IMG/VR virus record: IMGVR_UViG_3300022752_000016
Length of the DNA: 64,000 bases
Source of the DNA: a virus
Lineage: Duplodnaviria; Caudoviricetes
Reading direction: 5' to 3' (one strand)
Shown here: positions 16,368 through 26,263 of the stretch, piece by piece
Position numbering within the stretch: position 1 is the stretch's first letter
Layout: each line of letters starts with the position of its first letter
Made by a program: the position numbers and the translations under genes
The notes under the pieces: generated by a model
Database searches by the model: none
What the model was told of the DNA's origin: nothing
What the model saw: the letters and a program-made list of their open reading frames with translations, nothing else

Positions 16368-19300
16368 ATGGCTATTATTCAAATTTCCAAAATTCAACAA
16401 CGTACAGGTAATCTTATCGATTTACCTCAGTTAGATGAAGCTGAGTTCGGTTGGGCAAGTGATGAAAAAAAGTTATTTATAGGAAAAACCACTCCCAATG
16501 AAAACATTGAAATACTGACTTCGTATTCTACTGTAAATTTTGATGCTATTGCAGGAAGTTATGGAAATTTAAATATAAACCCGAACACTGTTGGTAATGG
16601 ACAAATTTTAACCTTTAATGGTGTAAATTGGGTAAATAGAGGTGGAAATGCAGGGGGAATAATAAATTTAGGTGATGTAGCTAATTTAAAAATATTAGGT
16701 GGCGGTATAGGCTACATCTTAGAAACTGACGGAACAGGAAATCTTTCATGGACTCCTAAAGGAACATTGATTGCTTTTATTGAAAATGCAACTCCAAGTA
16801 AAGTTCCTTTAAATCAAACTGTAGCCACAACTTCTTATGCATCAAATGGTAATATATTAATAGCCAATACATCAGGTTATTTGCAAGATACACCTATTGT
16901 GTTTACTGGAACAGGATTTGGTAACATTTCTACAAATACATTGTATTACGTAAATTCAGTAAGTTCTGGGGATAGTACAATAAAAATTACAGATGTATTA
17001 GGCGGAAGTGCAATAAGTTTAACTGACGCCAATGGTAATCTAGGCTTAAACATTGTAGGCACCATTGTCACTACAGTAGCAAATAATTTTTTTACTCAAG
17101 GTACGGAAATAACTGTAACCGATGCTGCTGGAATGGTACAGCTTAATGGAAATACATTTTTTATAGATGTAATTACAGCTAACACGTTTGCACTTTATAC
17201 TAACCCAGCACTTACGGATCCTGTTTATTCTAATAATTATAATAGTTATGCATACACAAGTGTTACTGCAACTGACTCAGCAACTAGCACTATTACAGTA
17301 GGAAATTCTTCTGAATTTACCTTGAATGCGCCTGTTATGTTTAAAGGAGATTTGGGAAATAGTGACCTGATTGATGGAGAAACTTATTATGTTAACAATA
17401 TTGTTTCAGGAACAGAAATTAAAGTAAGTAGTTTTTTATTTCCAAATGGCATTGCAGGTAATACGTTCCCTGTAGATACAGATTTAACAATTTTTAATAG
17501 TATTGTATTTCAACAAGGTGGTAGAATAATTTCCTCGATAGGTGGTTCAACTAGTACACAAGCATCTGGATCAAATACTACAATACAATTTAATAATAAT
17601 AATATTTTAGACGGTGACCCTGATTTTACTTTTGATTTTGGTACTACACCAAAACTGGTTACATTAAATGGTAATGCAAATGTCGGTAATCTTGTCGCAA
17701 ACGGTATAGTAAGTGGAACGCAATTAATTTCAAACATTCCAACTTTATCAGGACCTCCGTTAATAGTGACCTCTACTCTAAGAGTAAGTAATTTAAACGT
17801 AAACTATGCTAATGTAAGTGATTTCAGTAATGTAGTGTCTGAAACAACAGGAAATACATACTTAATACTTGCAAATAATAGTACAAGTGGTAATTACCAA
17901 TTAAGATCAAATTCTAATTTAAGTTTTAATGTAAGTACAGGTAACTTAATTGCCTCAATATTAACAGCTACAGGAAATATTAATGGTAATAATTTAATAA
18001 TTTCTAATCAGTCAACAACTGGTAATTTAATCGTTACAGGTAATTTATCATCTAATAATTGGGCAGCTAATGGTATAGCCTTTAGAACGACACCTCAAAC
18101 TTACACAGATTCTAACACTCCAGGTAATGCTATATTGTCTAGTACACATATAAGTGCTTTGTCTGCAAGTAATATTGATACAGCTAATGGCAATGTCACA
18201 ATAAGTAATGCTGCAACTTTGTATATTGCAGGTGCACCTTCTAACGCTAGTACAAATCTTACCATAACAAATACATATGCCTTGATGATAAATTCTGGTA
18301 ATGTTTTGATAGCAGGAAATGCAAATATAGGAAATATTTTAACAAATGTTGCCAACATTACAACTATCAATAGTGGTTTATTACAGAACGGTAATAGTAA
18401 TGTAACTATTGCAGCCAACGGAAATATTACACTAAATGCCAATGGTGGCGCAAGAATAATAGCTACCTCTACTGGTGCGAATGTATCGGGTACATTGGCA
18501 GTTTCTGGTAACGCAAATACCGCAAATTTAGGAACAACAAACTTATTTGCTAATAATTTATCATTATCAGGTACATCAAATGGTAACATAAATGTTGCTA
18601 CCATAGCTAATTCATTAGGTTTCAGAATAATCCCATCAACATATACAGATAATTTATCTGCACCATCATCTAATGTAAATGTTGCTGCCATTCATGCTAT
18701 AGGAAGACCAACTGTAACAGCTTCAAATACAGCTATTACAGCAAATAATTTAGCAACCTTTTATATAGAAAATGCTCCTAATGCAAGTACTAATATGGCT
18801 ATAACTAGTCCATGGGCCTTATACATTGCTAACGGAAATAGTTTCTTCGGACAAGGTATAATGTTTGGAGATGGAAGTGGTATAGGGAACGTAAGAACAA
18901 TTTCATTTGGAACCAGTAATGTAAGAGTTTATCAAAATGCAAATGTTGAGGTAAGTATAAATGGCATTTCAAATTTAGCTACATTCTTTTCTACTGGATT
19001 TAAGGTAGCAGGAACAATTGAAACTACTAATGGTAATATTCAAGCAAATGGCAACATAATTGCTAATGGAAATATTTCTGGCGGCAATGCATTTTTTACA
19101 GGTAATGCAAACGCAGCCTTAGTTGGAACAGCACAAATAACATCTCCAACAGGAAATTTAACAATCAGTGCATCAGGAAGTAATCAATCAATATTTTTAG
19201 TTCCTTCAGGTACAGGCACGGTAGACGTTGCAGGTAAAAGATTATCCCAAATTGGTTCAGTCATAAATCCAAATGACGCTACAAACAAGGAATATGTTGA

Positions 19301-21335
19301 TGCTCTTTCAGGTACAGGGTTAACAATTCATAGCCCTGCAAATGTAGCACAGACTACTAATTTAGCTGGCTCATATACTATTGGAGGCACAACACCCACA
19401 GTTACAACCATATCAGGCAATAATACAATTACATTTAATGCTACTCATGGACTATCAGTAAATGACGGAATCGTATTTACCAATACCTTTAACGGAATAG
19501 TAGGCGGAGAAGGGTATTGGGTGTCAAATATACCATCTGCTACACAAATTACAATAAAAAATGCATTTTTTGGTTCAGAAATTACAACATTAACAAATGC
19601 TACTGGATTAACTCAACCGGCTAGAGCCAATCCAGGCGTAGGTGCTACTTTAACTAATTCAGGACCTAATGCAGCTTTAGTAATAGATGGTATTACCTTA
19701 AGCGCCTCACAAAGAGTTTTACTTGTAGGGCAAACAACTGGTGGACAAAACGGTGTTTATGTTGTAACTAACCCTGGAAATGTAAGTGCAGCATGGGTTC
19801 TTACACGCTCTTCTGATATGAATAAGTATATACCAGGATCCGCATCTGGAATCGGCGCTGGAGATTATTTATTTGTTACACAAGGCTTAAATAATGCTGG
19901 TACAAGTTGGGTTTTATCGAATCCAACAGGTGAAATTATAATCGGTACTACAGCCATATCATTTAGTCAATTCAGTTCCGCAGGAGCCTATACAGCAGGA
20001 AATGGTATCACAATTACTGGCACTGTAATTACTGCTAATACAGATGGGGTTACGACTTCTATTGTTGGGGGTAATATAGTTGTTAAAACAAGTGCAAATT
20101 TGACCACACCAAATATTGGAGCAGCGTCAGGTACAAGTTTAACCGTATCAGGAAATATCACTGCTAATAATTTAAGCATAGGTAATTTAGCAAACATAGG
20201 CGGCAACATTACTACAGGTGGAAATTTATTTGCTAATTATAATATTCAGGCAAATGGAAATATTACAGCAAACAATGCTAATATTACTAACATATGTATT
20301 GCAAATATTTTCCAAGGAACATTTGCTAATGGAAATAGTTATATTTCTATTCCGACTGCCGGCGGTAGTATTGTTATGTATGTTAATGGTAATTCTAATG
20401 TAAGATTAAGTACTAATACATTAGGGGTAAATGTAAACCCAACCTTAACATTAGAAGGCGGTACTACAGCTTTGGGTTGGGGAAATGCTGGAATAGGTTT
20501 TAAAGTCTTAGCTGCTACATATACTGCAAATGGATATACTGGTAATAGTGTACAGAGCGAAAATCATATTCACGCTATTGCACAACCAACTATTGCCTCA
20601 AGCAATAGTAATGTAACTATTCAAAATTCATCAACATTTTATATTGCAGATAGACCTGCTGCAGGGACAAATATTACAATAGGCAATGCATATGCTTTGT
20701 ATGTTGCACAAGGTAATTCATATTTTGGTGGAAATTTAACTACTATAGGAAATATTACAGCAGGTAATTTTGTTGGAGCAGGTAATGGAGCACCTGCTAT
20801 TACAAGTAATAATACTTTAACTATTTCTGCTTCAAATGCACTTACAATTATTGGCAATAGCCTTGCATTAAGTAATGTAAATTCAATAAGTGCTGGGGCA
20901 AACACATCAAATTGCACATTAACTGGTAATTTTATATTGAGTGCAGGATCAAGGTTACAAGCTACTTATGCGGACTTAGCAGAATTTTATGAATCAGATT
21001 TTTTCTATGAACCTGGCACAGTGCTTGAATTTGGTGGTGACAAAGAGGTAACGATTGCGAAAAATGAAACCAACAAAGTTGCAGGAGTTGTAACCTCAAA
21101 TCCTGCATACATTATGAATGCAAATTGTTTAGGTATTGCTGTAGCAGTTGCACTACAAGGTAGAGTACCAGTTAAAGTAGAAGGAAATATCATAAAAGGA
21201 GATTTAATGGTTTCAAGTGGTAATGGATACGCTAAAGCATCATCAAGTCCTATTATAGGATCTGTATTAGGAAAAGCTCTTCAAAATTTTAAAGGAGCGA
21301 AAGGTATTATTGAAATAGCTATAGGAAGATTATAA
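16368..21335 (+). CDS. Long tail fibre / virion protein with Mtd-N-like N-terminus and C-terminal peptidase G2-type intramolecular chaperone
   Basis: IQQRTG...LPQLDEAEFGW N-terminus, Gly/Asn beta repeats, C-terminal ADLAEFY...PGTV...GVVTSNPAY...VALQGRVPVKV. Confidence 0.75.
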   Translation: MAIIQISKIQQRTGNLIDLPQLDEAEFGWASDEKKLFIGKTTPNENIEILTSYSTVNFDAIAGSYGNLNINPNTVGNGQILTFNGVNWVNRGGNAGGIINLGDVANLKILGGGIGYILETDGTGNLSWTPKGTLIAFIENATPSKVPLNQTVATTSYASNGNILIANTSGYLQDTPIVFTGTGFGNISTNTLYYVNSVSSGDSTIKITDVLGGSAISLTDANGNLGLNIVGTIVTTVANNFFTQGTEITVTDAAGMVQLNGNTFFIDVITANTFALYTNPALTDPVYSNNYNSYAYTSVTATDSATSTITVGNSSEFTLNAPVMFKGDLGNSDLIDGETYYVNNIVSGTEIKVSSFLFPNGIAGNTFPVDTDLTIFNSIVFQQGGRIISSIGGSTSTQASGSNTTIQFNNNNILDGDPDFTFDFGTTPKLVTLNGNANVGNLVANGIVSGTQLISNIPTLSGPPLIVTSTLRVSNLNVNYANVSDFSNVVSETTGNTYLILANNSTSGNYQLRSNSNLSFNVSTGNLIASILTATGNINGNNLIISNQSTTGNLIVTGNLSSNNWAANGIAFRTTPQTYTDSNTPGNAILSSTHISALSASNIDTANGNVTISNAATLYIAGAPSNASTNLTITNTYALMINSGNVLIAGNANIGNILTNVANITTINSGLLQNGNSNVTIAANGNITLNANGGARIIATSTGANVSGTLAVSGNANTANLGTTNLFANNLSLSGTSNGNINVATIANSLGFRIIPSTYTDNLSAPSSNVNVAAIHAIGRPTVTASNTAITANNLATFYIENAPNASTNMAITSPWALYIANGNSFFGQGIMFGDGSGIGNVRTISFGTSNVRVYQNANVEVSINGISNLATFFSTGFKVAGTIETTNGNIQANGNIIANGNISGGNAFFTGNANAALVGTAQITSPTGNLTISASGSNQSIFLVPSGTGTVDVAGKRLSQIGSVINPNDATNKEYVDALSGTGLTIHSPANVAQTTNLAGSYTIGGTTPTVTTISGNNTITFNATHGLSVNDGIVFTNTFNGIVGGEGYWVSNIPSATQITIKNAFFGSEITTLTNATGLTQPARANPGVGATLTNSGPNAALVIDGITLSASQRVLLVGQTTGGQNGVYVVTNPGNVSAAWVLTRSSDMNKYIPGSASGIGAGDYLFVTQGLNNAGTSWVLSNPTGEIIIGTTAISFSQFSSAGAYTAGNGITITGTVITANTDGVTTSIVGGNIVVKTSANLTTPNIGAASGTSLTVSGNITANNLSIGNLANIGGNITTGGNLFANYNIQANGNITANNANITNICIANIFQGTFANGNSYISIPTAGGSIVMYVNGNSNVRLSTNTLGVNVNPTLTLEGGTTALGWGNAGIGFKVLAATYTANGYTGNSVQSENHIHAIAQPTIASSNSNVTIQNSSTFYIADRPAAGTNITIGNAYALYVAQGNSYFGGNLTTIGNITAGNFVGAGNGAPAITSNNTLTISASNALTIIGNSLALSNVNSISAGANTSNCTLTGNFILSAGSRLQATYADLAEFYESDFFYEPGTVLEFGGDKEVTIAKNETNKVAGVVTSNPAYIMNANCLGIAVAVALQGRVPVKVEGNIIKGDLMVSSGNGYAKASSSPIIGSVLGKALQNFKGAKGIIEIAIGRL

Positions 21336-23344
21336 TGCTGGAGAAAAAATATTATGTTATTGGCACTACTAATGAGCAAGCATGGGATTACGTTCATAGC
21401 GTATTGACTGAAGATGGAAGTTTAGACGATAATATTCCAACTAGAAAAATTGAATGCACAGATTTAATTGAACACAGTCCTACAAGATCAGTTTATTTAA
21501 TGACAGATGAAGAGGCTAAAAAATTAAGCAAACATCCTAATATTATATTTGTACATATAAATCCAGAAAATCATCCAGAATTATTTCCAACAAATGTGGC
21601 AGATGATTTACATTGTAATACAGAAAGTTATAGATATGATAATTCAGTAAAAAATTATATGAATTTTGCTAATAGTCTTCCTGCAACTCCTACTTCAACA
21701 GATCTGAATAGAACAGGATATCAATTATTACGTCCTGCACAGTTTCAAAATCCATGGCAAGATTATGCTACAACTACAATTATAATGAGCAGGATTCCAA
21801 ATTCATTTACAGGTCGTAATGTAGATTTAGTAGTGGGAGATGATGGTTGTTGGATAGGTCACGTTGAATTTCAAAGTAATCCTATTGCCACTGATGGGAC
21901 TACTATACCTAAGCCTAGAGATTATTTACCTGGTAATGTTTTAAATAGAAATGCTACTTGCAATATCTTAGATATGGTTCTTGATGGTCCATATTATATT
22001 GATCCTAACTATTTTAATCAATCCCCATCAACAAGACTTATTACAAGATGGGACGGAACATTAGTACCTGAAGAAAATACCGCACGAAATTGGTGGGGGT
22101 TCGGATCTAATAGATCACCACAATTCGCTAACATAGGTACAGTGTCTATTCCTTCAAGTTATACTCGACTTAATACCGGTGGGTCAAATATTGCTATGCC
22201 AGCTGGGAGTGACGGAACGCATGGTACTCCTTGTGCAGGACTGTCATATGGTAGGACAATGGGGATAGCGTATAATGCAAACAAATGGTTTATCGATGCA
22301 TATGGATTGTACTCATTTTGGCCTAGTATAGACAGATATTTTAATATAATGAAAATTTTTCATTTGAACAAACCAATAAATCCTTTATATGGAACTAGAG
22401 ATCCTACTGTTTCTAGTAATAGTTGGGGATTCAGAGCAACATTGTCTGTAACGTCAGGTCAATATTTTTTTCGACAAGGAACATCAGGAACAGGTGGAGT
22501 ATTTTATAATAGTACGTCTATACCTGCCTTTATTCAAAATTTAGGAACTCAAGGCGATGCTAATCGGTTTAAAGGTGAAATGGCTCCGAATACTTTTACA
22601 ACTGCAGGAGATGAATTAATTAATAGTGGTGTTATATTTGTTGTAGCAGCAGGGAATAGTAATCAACAACAGGTAGGATCTGATCATCCAAATTATGATA
22701 ATTACTATTCCTTTGGTCCTAATCCATTAGTAAGCTCAACACACACAGAATTTAACGTAACTTGTTATAATACCACAAGTAGGCGTGGTTTTCCACAACA
22801 ATTAGGAAAAAGAATAGAAAATGGACAAGTAGTATATCCAGCAATTAATATTGGGGCACTAGATGATAATTATTCGTTAAATGGACAAGAACAAAAAGTT
22901 AATTATAGCGACATGGGAACAGAAATTGATATGTATTTGCCTGCGGATGGTACACTAACCCCAAACGCTAAGTACACTCCTCAATATTTGAGATATGATA
23001 AGTTAAATAATGGTATGGCTAATTATTATGATTGCCGTTTTTCTGGGACAAGTGCTGCCTGTCCTGTAGCTGCAGGTTTAATTGCTGCTATGATGGAAAA
23101 TAATCGTTCATGGACTTGGAAAGAAGTACGTGATTGGATAAGATCATTACAATTACAACCAAGTTCTACCTTTTATATAGGACCTAATCCAAACACAGCC
23201 ACTACTAATGAATGGTTTGATTATAATAGTTTACGAGGCGGACCAAGTCGTGTTGGTTATATAACTGCTAGTGTCACGCCCTCATCTATTGGCATTTCGG
23301 GAAGTTTAAACATCTCTGGTGATGGATTAAAAATTAATTTTTAA
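21335..23344 (+). CDS. Subtilisin-like S8 peptidase 1
   Basis: Triad DLVVGDDG / HGTPCAG / SGTSAACP, oxyanion AAGNS, N-terminal prodomain. Confidence 0.85.
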   Translation: MLEKKYYVIGTTNEQAWDYVHSVLTEDGSLDDNIPTRKIECTDLIEHSPTRSVYLMTDEEAKKLSKHPNIIFVHINPENHPELFPTNVADDLHCNTESYRYDNSVKNYMNFANSLPATPTSTDLNRTGYQLLRPAQFQNPWQDYATTTIIMSRIPNSFTGRNVDLVVGDDGCWIGHVEFQSNPIATDGTTIPKPRDYLPGNVLNRNATCNILDMVLDGPYYIDPNYFNQSPSTRLITRWDGTLVPEENTARNWWGFGSNRSPQFANIGTVSIPSSYTRLNTGGSNIAMPAGSDGTHGTPCAGLSYGRTMGIAYNANKWFIDAYGLYSFWPSIDRYFNIMKIFHLNKPINPLYGTRDPTVSSNSWGFRATLSVTSGQYFFRQGTSGTGGVFYNSTSIPAFIQNLGTQGDANRFKGEMAPNTFTTAGDELINSGVIFVVAAGNSNQQQVGSDHPNYDNYYSFGPNPLVSSTHTEFNVTCYNTTSRRGFPQQLGKRIENGQVVYPAINIGALDDNYSLNGQEQKVNYSDMGTEIDMYLPADGTLTPNAKYTPQYLRYDKLNNGMANYYDCRFSGTSAACPVAAGLIAAMMENNRSWTWKEVRDWIRSLQLQPSSTFYIGPNPNTATTNEWFDYNSLRGGPSRVGYITASVTPSSIGISGSLNISGDGLKINF

Positions 23345-23360
23345 ATATAGGAAATAAAAA

Positions 23361-23636
23361 ATGGCATCATATATCTATACGGCTACAGGATCAAGTCAAT
23401 TAAGTGATCAAATTGATACTGATAAAGTAAGAATATCAACTTCAAGTTCTGCCATAGCTATTGCTATTGGCAATGCAAATGTTACAGCAAATTTAACAGG
23501 GTGTGAGATAGTGCCTGCATTTACTGTCATGAATAGTGTAATAGTTGGTGAAGGAAATTATATAGCATATATAAATGTAGGAGGGGTGGCAAGTGCATTT
23601 AGTGTTACTGAGTTAGGCATGCCAATTGGTGTATAA
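23361..23636 (+). CDS. Small beta-rich protein, probably virion-associated
   Basis: TTAAATA at 23341 and SD AGGA upstream; 91 aa. Confidence 0.55.
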   Translation: MASYIYTATGSSQLSDQIDTDKVRISTSSSAIAIAIGNANVTANLTGCEIVPAFTVMNSVIVGEGNYIAYINVGGVASAFSVTELGMPIGV

Positions 23637-23640
23637 TTAA

Positions 23641-26166
23641 ATGTCAGAAAAAAAGATATATCAAATTTGCTGTCATACTGAACAAGATTGGGACTTTATA
23701 CATGAGGTTTTGACAAAAGATGGCACATTAGAAGATAATATACCAACTAGGGCAGTTGAACTAGTTGATTACAAAGAACATAGTTCTACTAGATCCACTT
23801 ATCTTTTAAGCGATGACGAAGCCCAAGAACTTCAAAAAAATTCAAGAATAAAGTTTGTAAATATTGACTACGCAAGTTATCCTGAGTATAAACCGCCTAA
23901 AGATGAATTACACGCAGCTTTTTATAGATATCCCACTGATATTAAATGTTATAGAAATTTTTCAAATCCAAATATTATGCCAACAGATTTTACTGAGGCC
24001 GACAACAATCGTAGCGGATATCAATTATTACGTGTTACTCAAAAATTAGATCCATGGTATGGTGCAAGTAGTCAAACTGTTCTTGTAAATCGAATTGATA
24101 TGTCTGGTACAGGAAAAGATGTAGATGTGATTGTAGGCGATGAGGGTTGTGCTTTTGGGCATTGTGAATTTCAAACAAATACAGGATCAGGCCCAACCAG
24201 TTTAATTGGCGGTAATCCTCTTTCAACAACAGGTACGTGTATGTTGTTAGATTTAGTGCTTGAGGGTCCATATTACATTGATCCTGCTTATTTTAATGCA
24301 GAACCCTTATCCAGATTAACAACTAGATGGGACGGTACAACAGTTCCTGTCGAAACTGTAGCAAGAAATTGGTGGGGCAATAGTGCAGCTAGATCAAGTC
24401 AATTTAGTTCAATAGGTACTGTTACTATAACTTCATCTTATACTAGGGACAATTGTAACGGTGATAATCAATATTTTCCAAACGAAGGAGATCATGGTAC
24501 GTGTTGTGCAGCACTAACATATGGCAGAACACAAGGTTGGGCTTACAATGCTAATAAATGGTTCATTGATGCATATGGTTCTTACGGTGTTGGTTTAGAG
24601 CAATATTTTGACATTATGAAAATATTTCATTTAAATAAACCTATTAATTCAAAATATGGTACACGTAATCCTACTATTTCAAGTAACAGTTGGGGATATC
24701 GTGCTACATTGCCTATTTCAAGTGGTGCTTATTATTTTAGACAAGGTACTACTGGATCAGGCGGGGTGTCTTTTACAAGTAGTACTAAGCCTGAATTTAT
24801 GAAATATTTAGGAACAACAGGAGATGCTAATAGGTTCAAAGGTGAAATGTTAGATAATAGTTATACTGAAGCAGGCAATGAACTTATTGCATCAGGTGTA
24901 ATTTTTATAGCAGCAGCAGGGAATAGTAATCAACAACAGGTAGGATCTGATCAACCAGATTATAATAATTATTGGGCAACTGGTTTAAATGTAGCCCTTG
25001 CTAATGCAACACATTCAGAATTTGGATTAACATGTTATAATACTACAAGTAGACGTGGTTTCCCACAACAATTAGGTAAATATTTTGAGAATGGACAAGT
25101 AGTGTATCCAGCAATTAATATTGGTGCATTGGATGATCAATACATGTCTGATGGAAAAGAACGAAAAGTTAACTATAGTGATATGGGAAATCAAATTGAT
25201 GTTTATGCTCCAGCAGATGGTACAATGGCTGCAAATAGGAATTACAGTCCACAATATTTAAGACCTGACAGCTATCCAGGATCGGGGGTGCCAGAAGGAT
25301 TCGTTGGACTGTGTAATGCAGTTGCGTATTTAAATGGTACGTCAAGTTTTGATCCAGAACCAAATACAGGTTGGAGGTTAGTCACTAGTAATCAATCATC
25401 TGCGACATTGACTCCTATTCCCAGTGATTTAAAAGGAACTACAGGTTTAAGTTTATTATCACTGACAGGTGGAGACAATGATGATGGATATTATGGAGTT
25501 AATATATCAGGTGGCGGAGGATTTACAATTACCTTTGCAGGTACAACTTTTGGTAATGTCTACATAAACACCAATAGTTTAGTTACTTTTACAAGTGCAT
25601 ATATTCAACTTGTGTTTAATGTATCTACTCCAAATATGCGTAAAATTTGTATAAATGCAGACGATAATAGTTGCCAAAGATGTTGGGGTGGATTTGAAGG
25701 AACTGCTCCTAATAGAAGAATAAGATTTAGATATGAAGGTACTAATGATATAAGCGGAGTAGTTGGTAGTCCAAATATGGTTTGGGAATTAACCTTATAC
25801 GAAAATGCTAGAAACCAATTTGATATACAAATAGGTGTTAATGCTAGACAAACTTCACTATTTTATGATGCAGCATTTGGAGGCACTAGTGCTGCATGTC
25901 CTGTTGCTACTGGTTTTATTGCAACTGTTTTACAATATAATAGGAATTGGACTTGGAAAGAAGTGCGACAATATTTACAAAATTTAGAAGTACAAGATAC
26001 GACAAGGTTCTACCAAGGACCTACACCTGAAACTGCAAATAGTGTTTCTTGGGCAGATTTAAATAGTTTAATGGGGGGAGATAGACGAGTATTATATAAT
26101 AAGACAGATTATGTAAATATGTCAGGGAACAATTTGTCAATTACAGGAAGTAATTTTAGCTCCTAA
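23641..26166 (+). CDS. Subtilisin-like S8 peptidase 2 with inserted beta domain
   Basis: DVIVGDEG / HGTCCAA / GGTSAACP and AAGNS; ~200 extra residues before the catalytic Ser relative to paralogue 1. Confidence 0.85.
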   Translation: MSEKKIYQICCHTEQDWDFIHEVLTKDGTLEDNIPTRAVELVDYKEHSSTRSTYLLSDDEAQELQKNSRIKFVNIDYASYPEYKPPKDELHAAFYRYPTDIKCYRNFSNPNIMPTDFTEADNNRSGYQLLRVTQKLDPWYGASSQTVLVNRIDMSGTGKDVDVIVGDEGCAFGHCEFQTNTGSGPTSLIGGNPLSTTGTCMLLDLVLEGPYYIDPAYFNAEPLSRLTTRWDGTTVPVETVARNWWGNSAARSSQFSSIGTVTITSSYTRDNCNGDNQYFPNEGDHGTCCAALTYGRTQGWAYNANKWFIDAYGSYGVGLEQYFDIMKIFHLNKPINSKYGTRNPTISSNSWGYRATLPISSGAYYFRQGTTGSGGVSFTSSTKPEFMKYLGTTGDANRFKGEMLDNSYTEAGNELIASGVIFIAAAGNSNQQQVGSDQPDYNNYWATGLNVALANATHSEFGLTCYNTTSRRGFPQQLGKYFENGQVVYPAINIGALDDQYMSDGKERKVNYSDMGNQIDVYAPADGTMAANRNYSPQYLRPDSYPGSGVPEGFVGLCNAVAYLNGTSSFDPEPNTGWRLVTSNQSSATLTPIPSDLKGTTGLSLLSLTGGDNDDGYYGVNISGGGGFTITFAGTTFGNVYINTNSLVTFTSAYIQLVFNVSTPNMRKICINADDNSCQRCWGGFEGTAPNRRIRFRYEGTNDISGVVGSPNMVWELTLYENARNQFDIQIGVNARQTSLFYDAAFGGTSAACPVATGFIATVLQYNRNWTWKEVRQYLQNLEVQDTTRFYQGPTPETANSVSWADLNSLMGGDRRVLYNKTDYVNMSGNNLSITGSNFSS

Positions 26167-26182
26167 AAAATCTAAAAAATTA

Positions 26183-26256
26183 ATAAATACTTTATCATTT
26201 TATGATTTATGCGGTTCCCGCCGCGTAGTGGAATAGAACCCACATATTATAAGGAG
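26183..26256 (+). promoter_or_regulatory. Late promoter plus structured 5' leader (three hairpins)
   Basis: ATAAATA 26183-89; stems at 26194-206, 26208-27 and 26228-43; SD AAGGAG. Confidence 0.7.
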
Positions 26257-26263
26257 AAAACAA

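Noticed and set aside
18101-20917. Antisense ORFs inside the 1655-aa fibre gene (18101-18691, 19988-20209, 20639-20917) and similar ones elsewhere
   Set aside because: They are expected reverse-frame openings of Gly/Asn/Ala/Thr-biased coding, with no motifs or expression signals.
26190-26256. tRNA, or a known ribozyme/riboswitch, in the GC-rich intergenic patches
   Set aside because: There is no cloverleaf, T-loop (GTTCRA) or CCA end, and no hammerhead, HDV or twister core that I could match. It is reported only as an unnamed structured leader.
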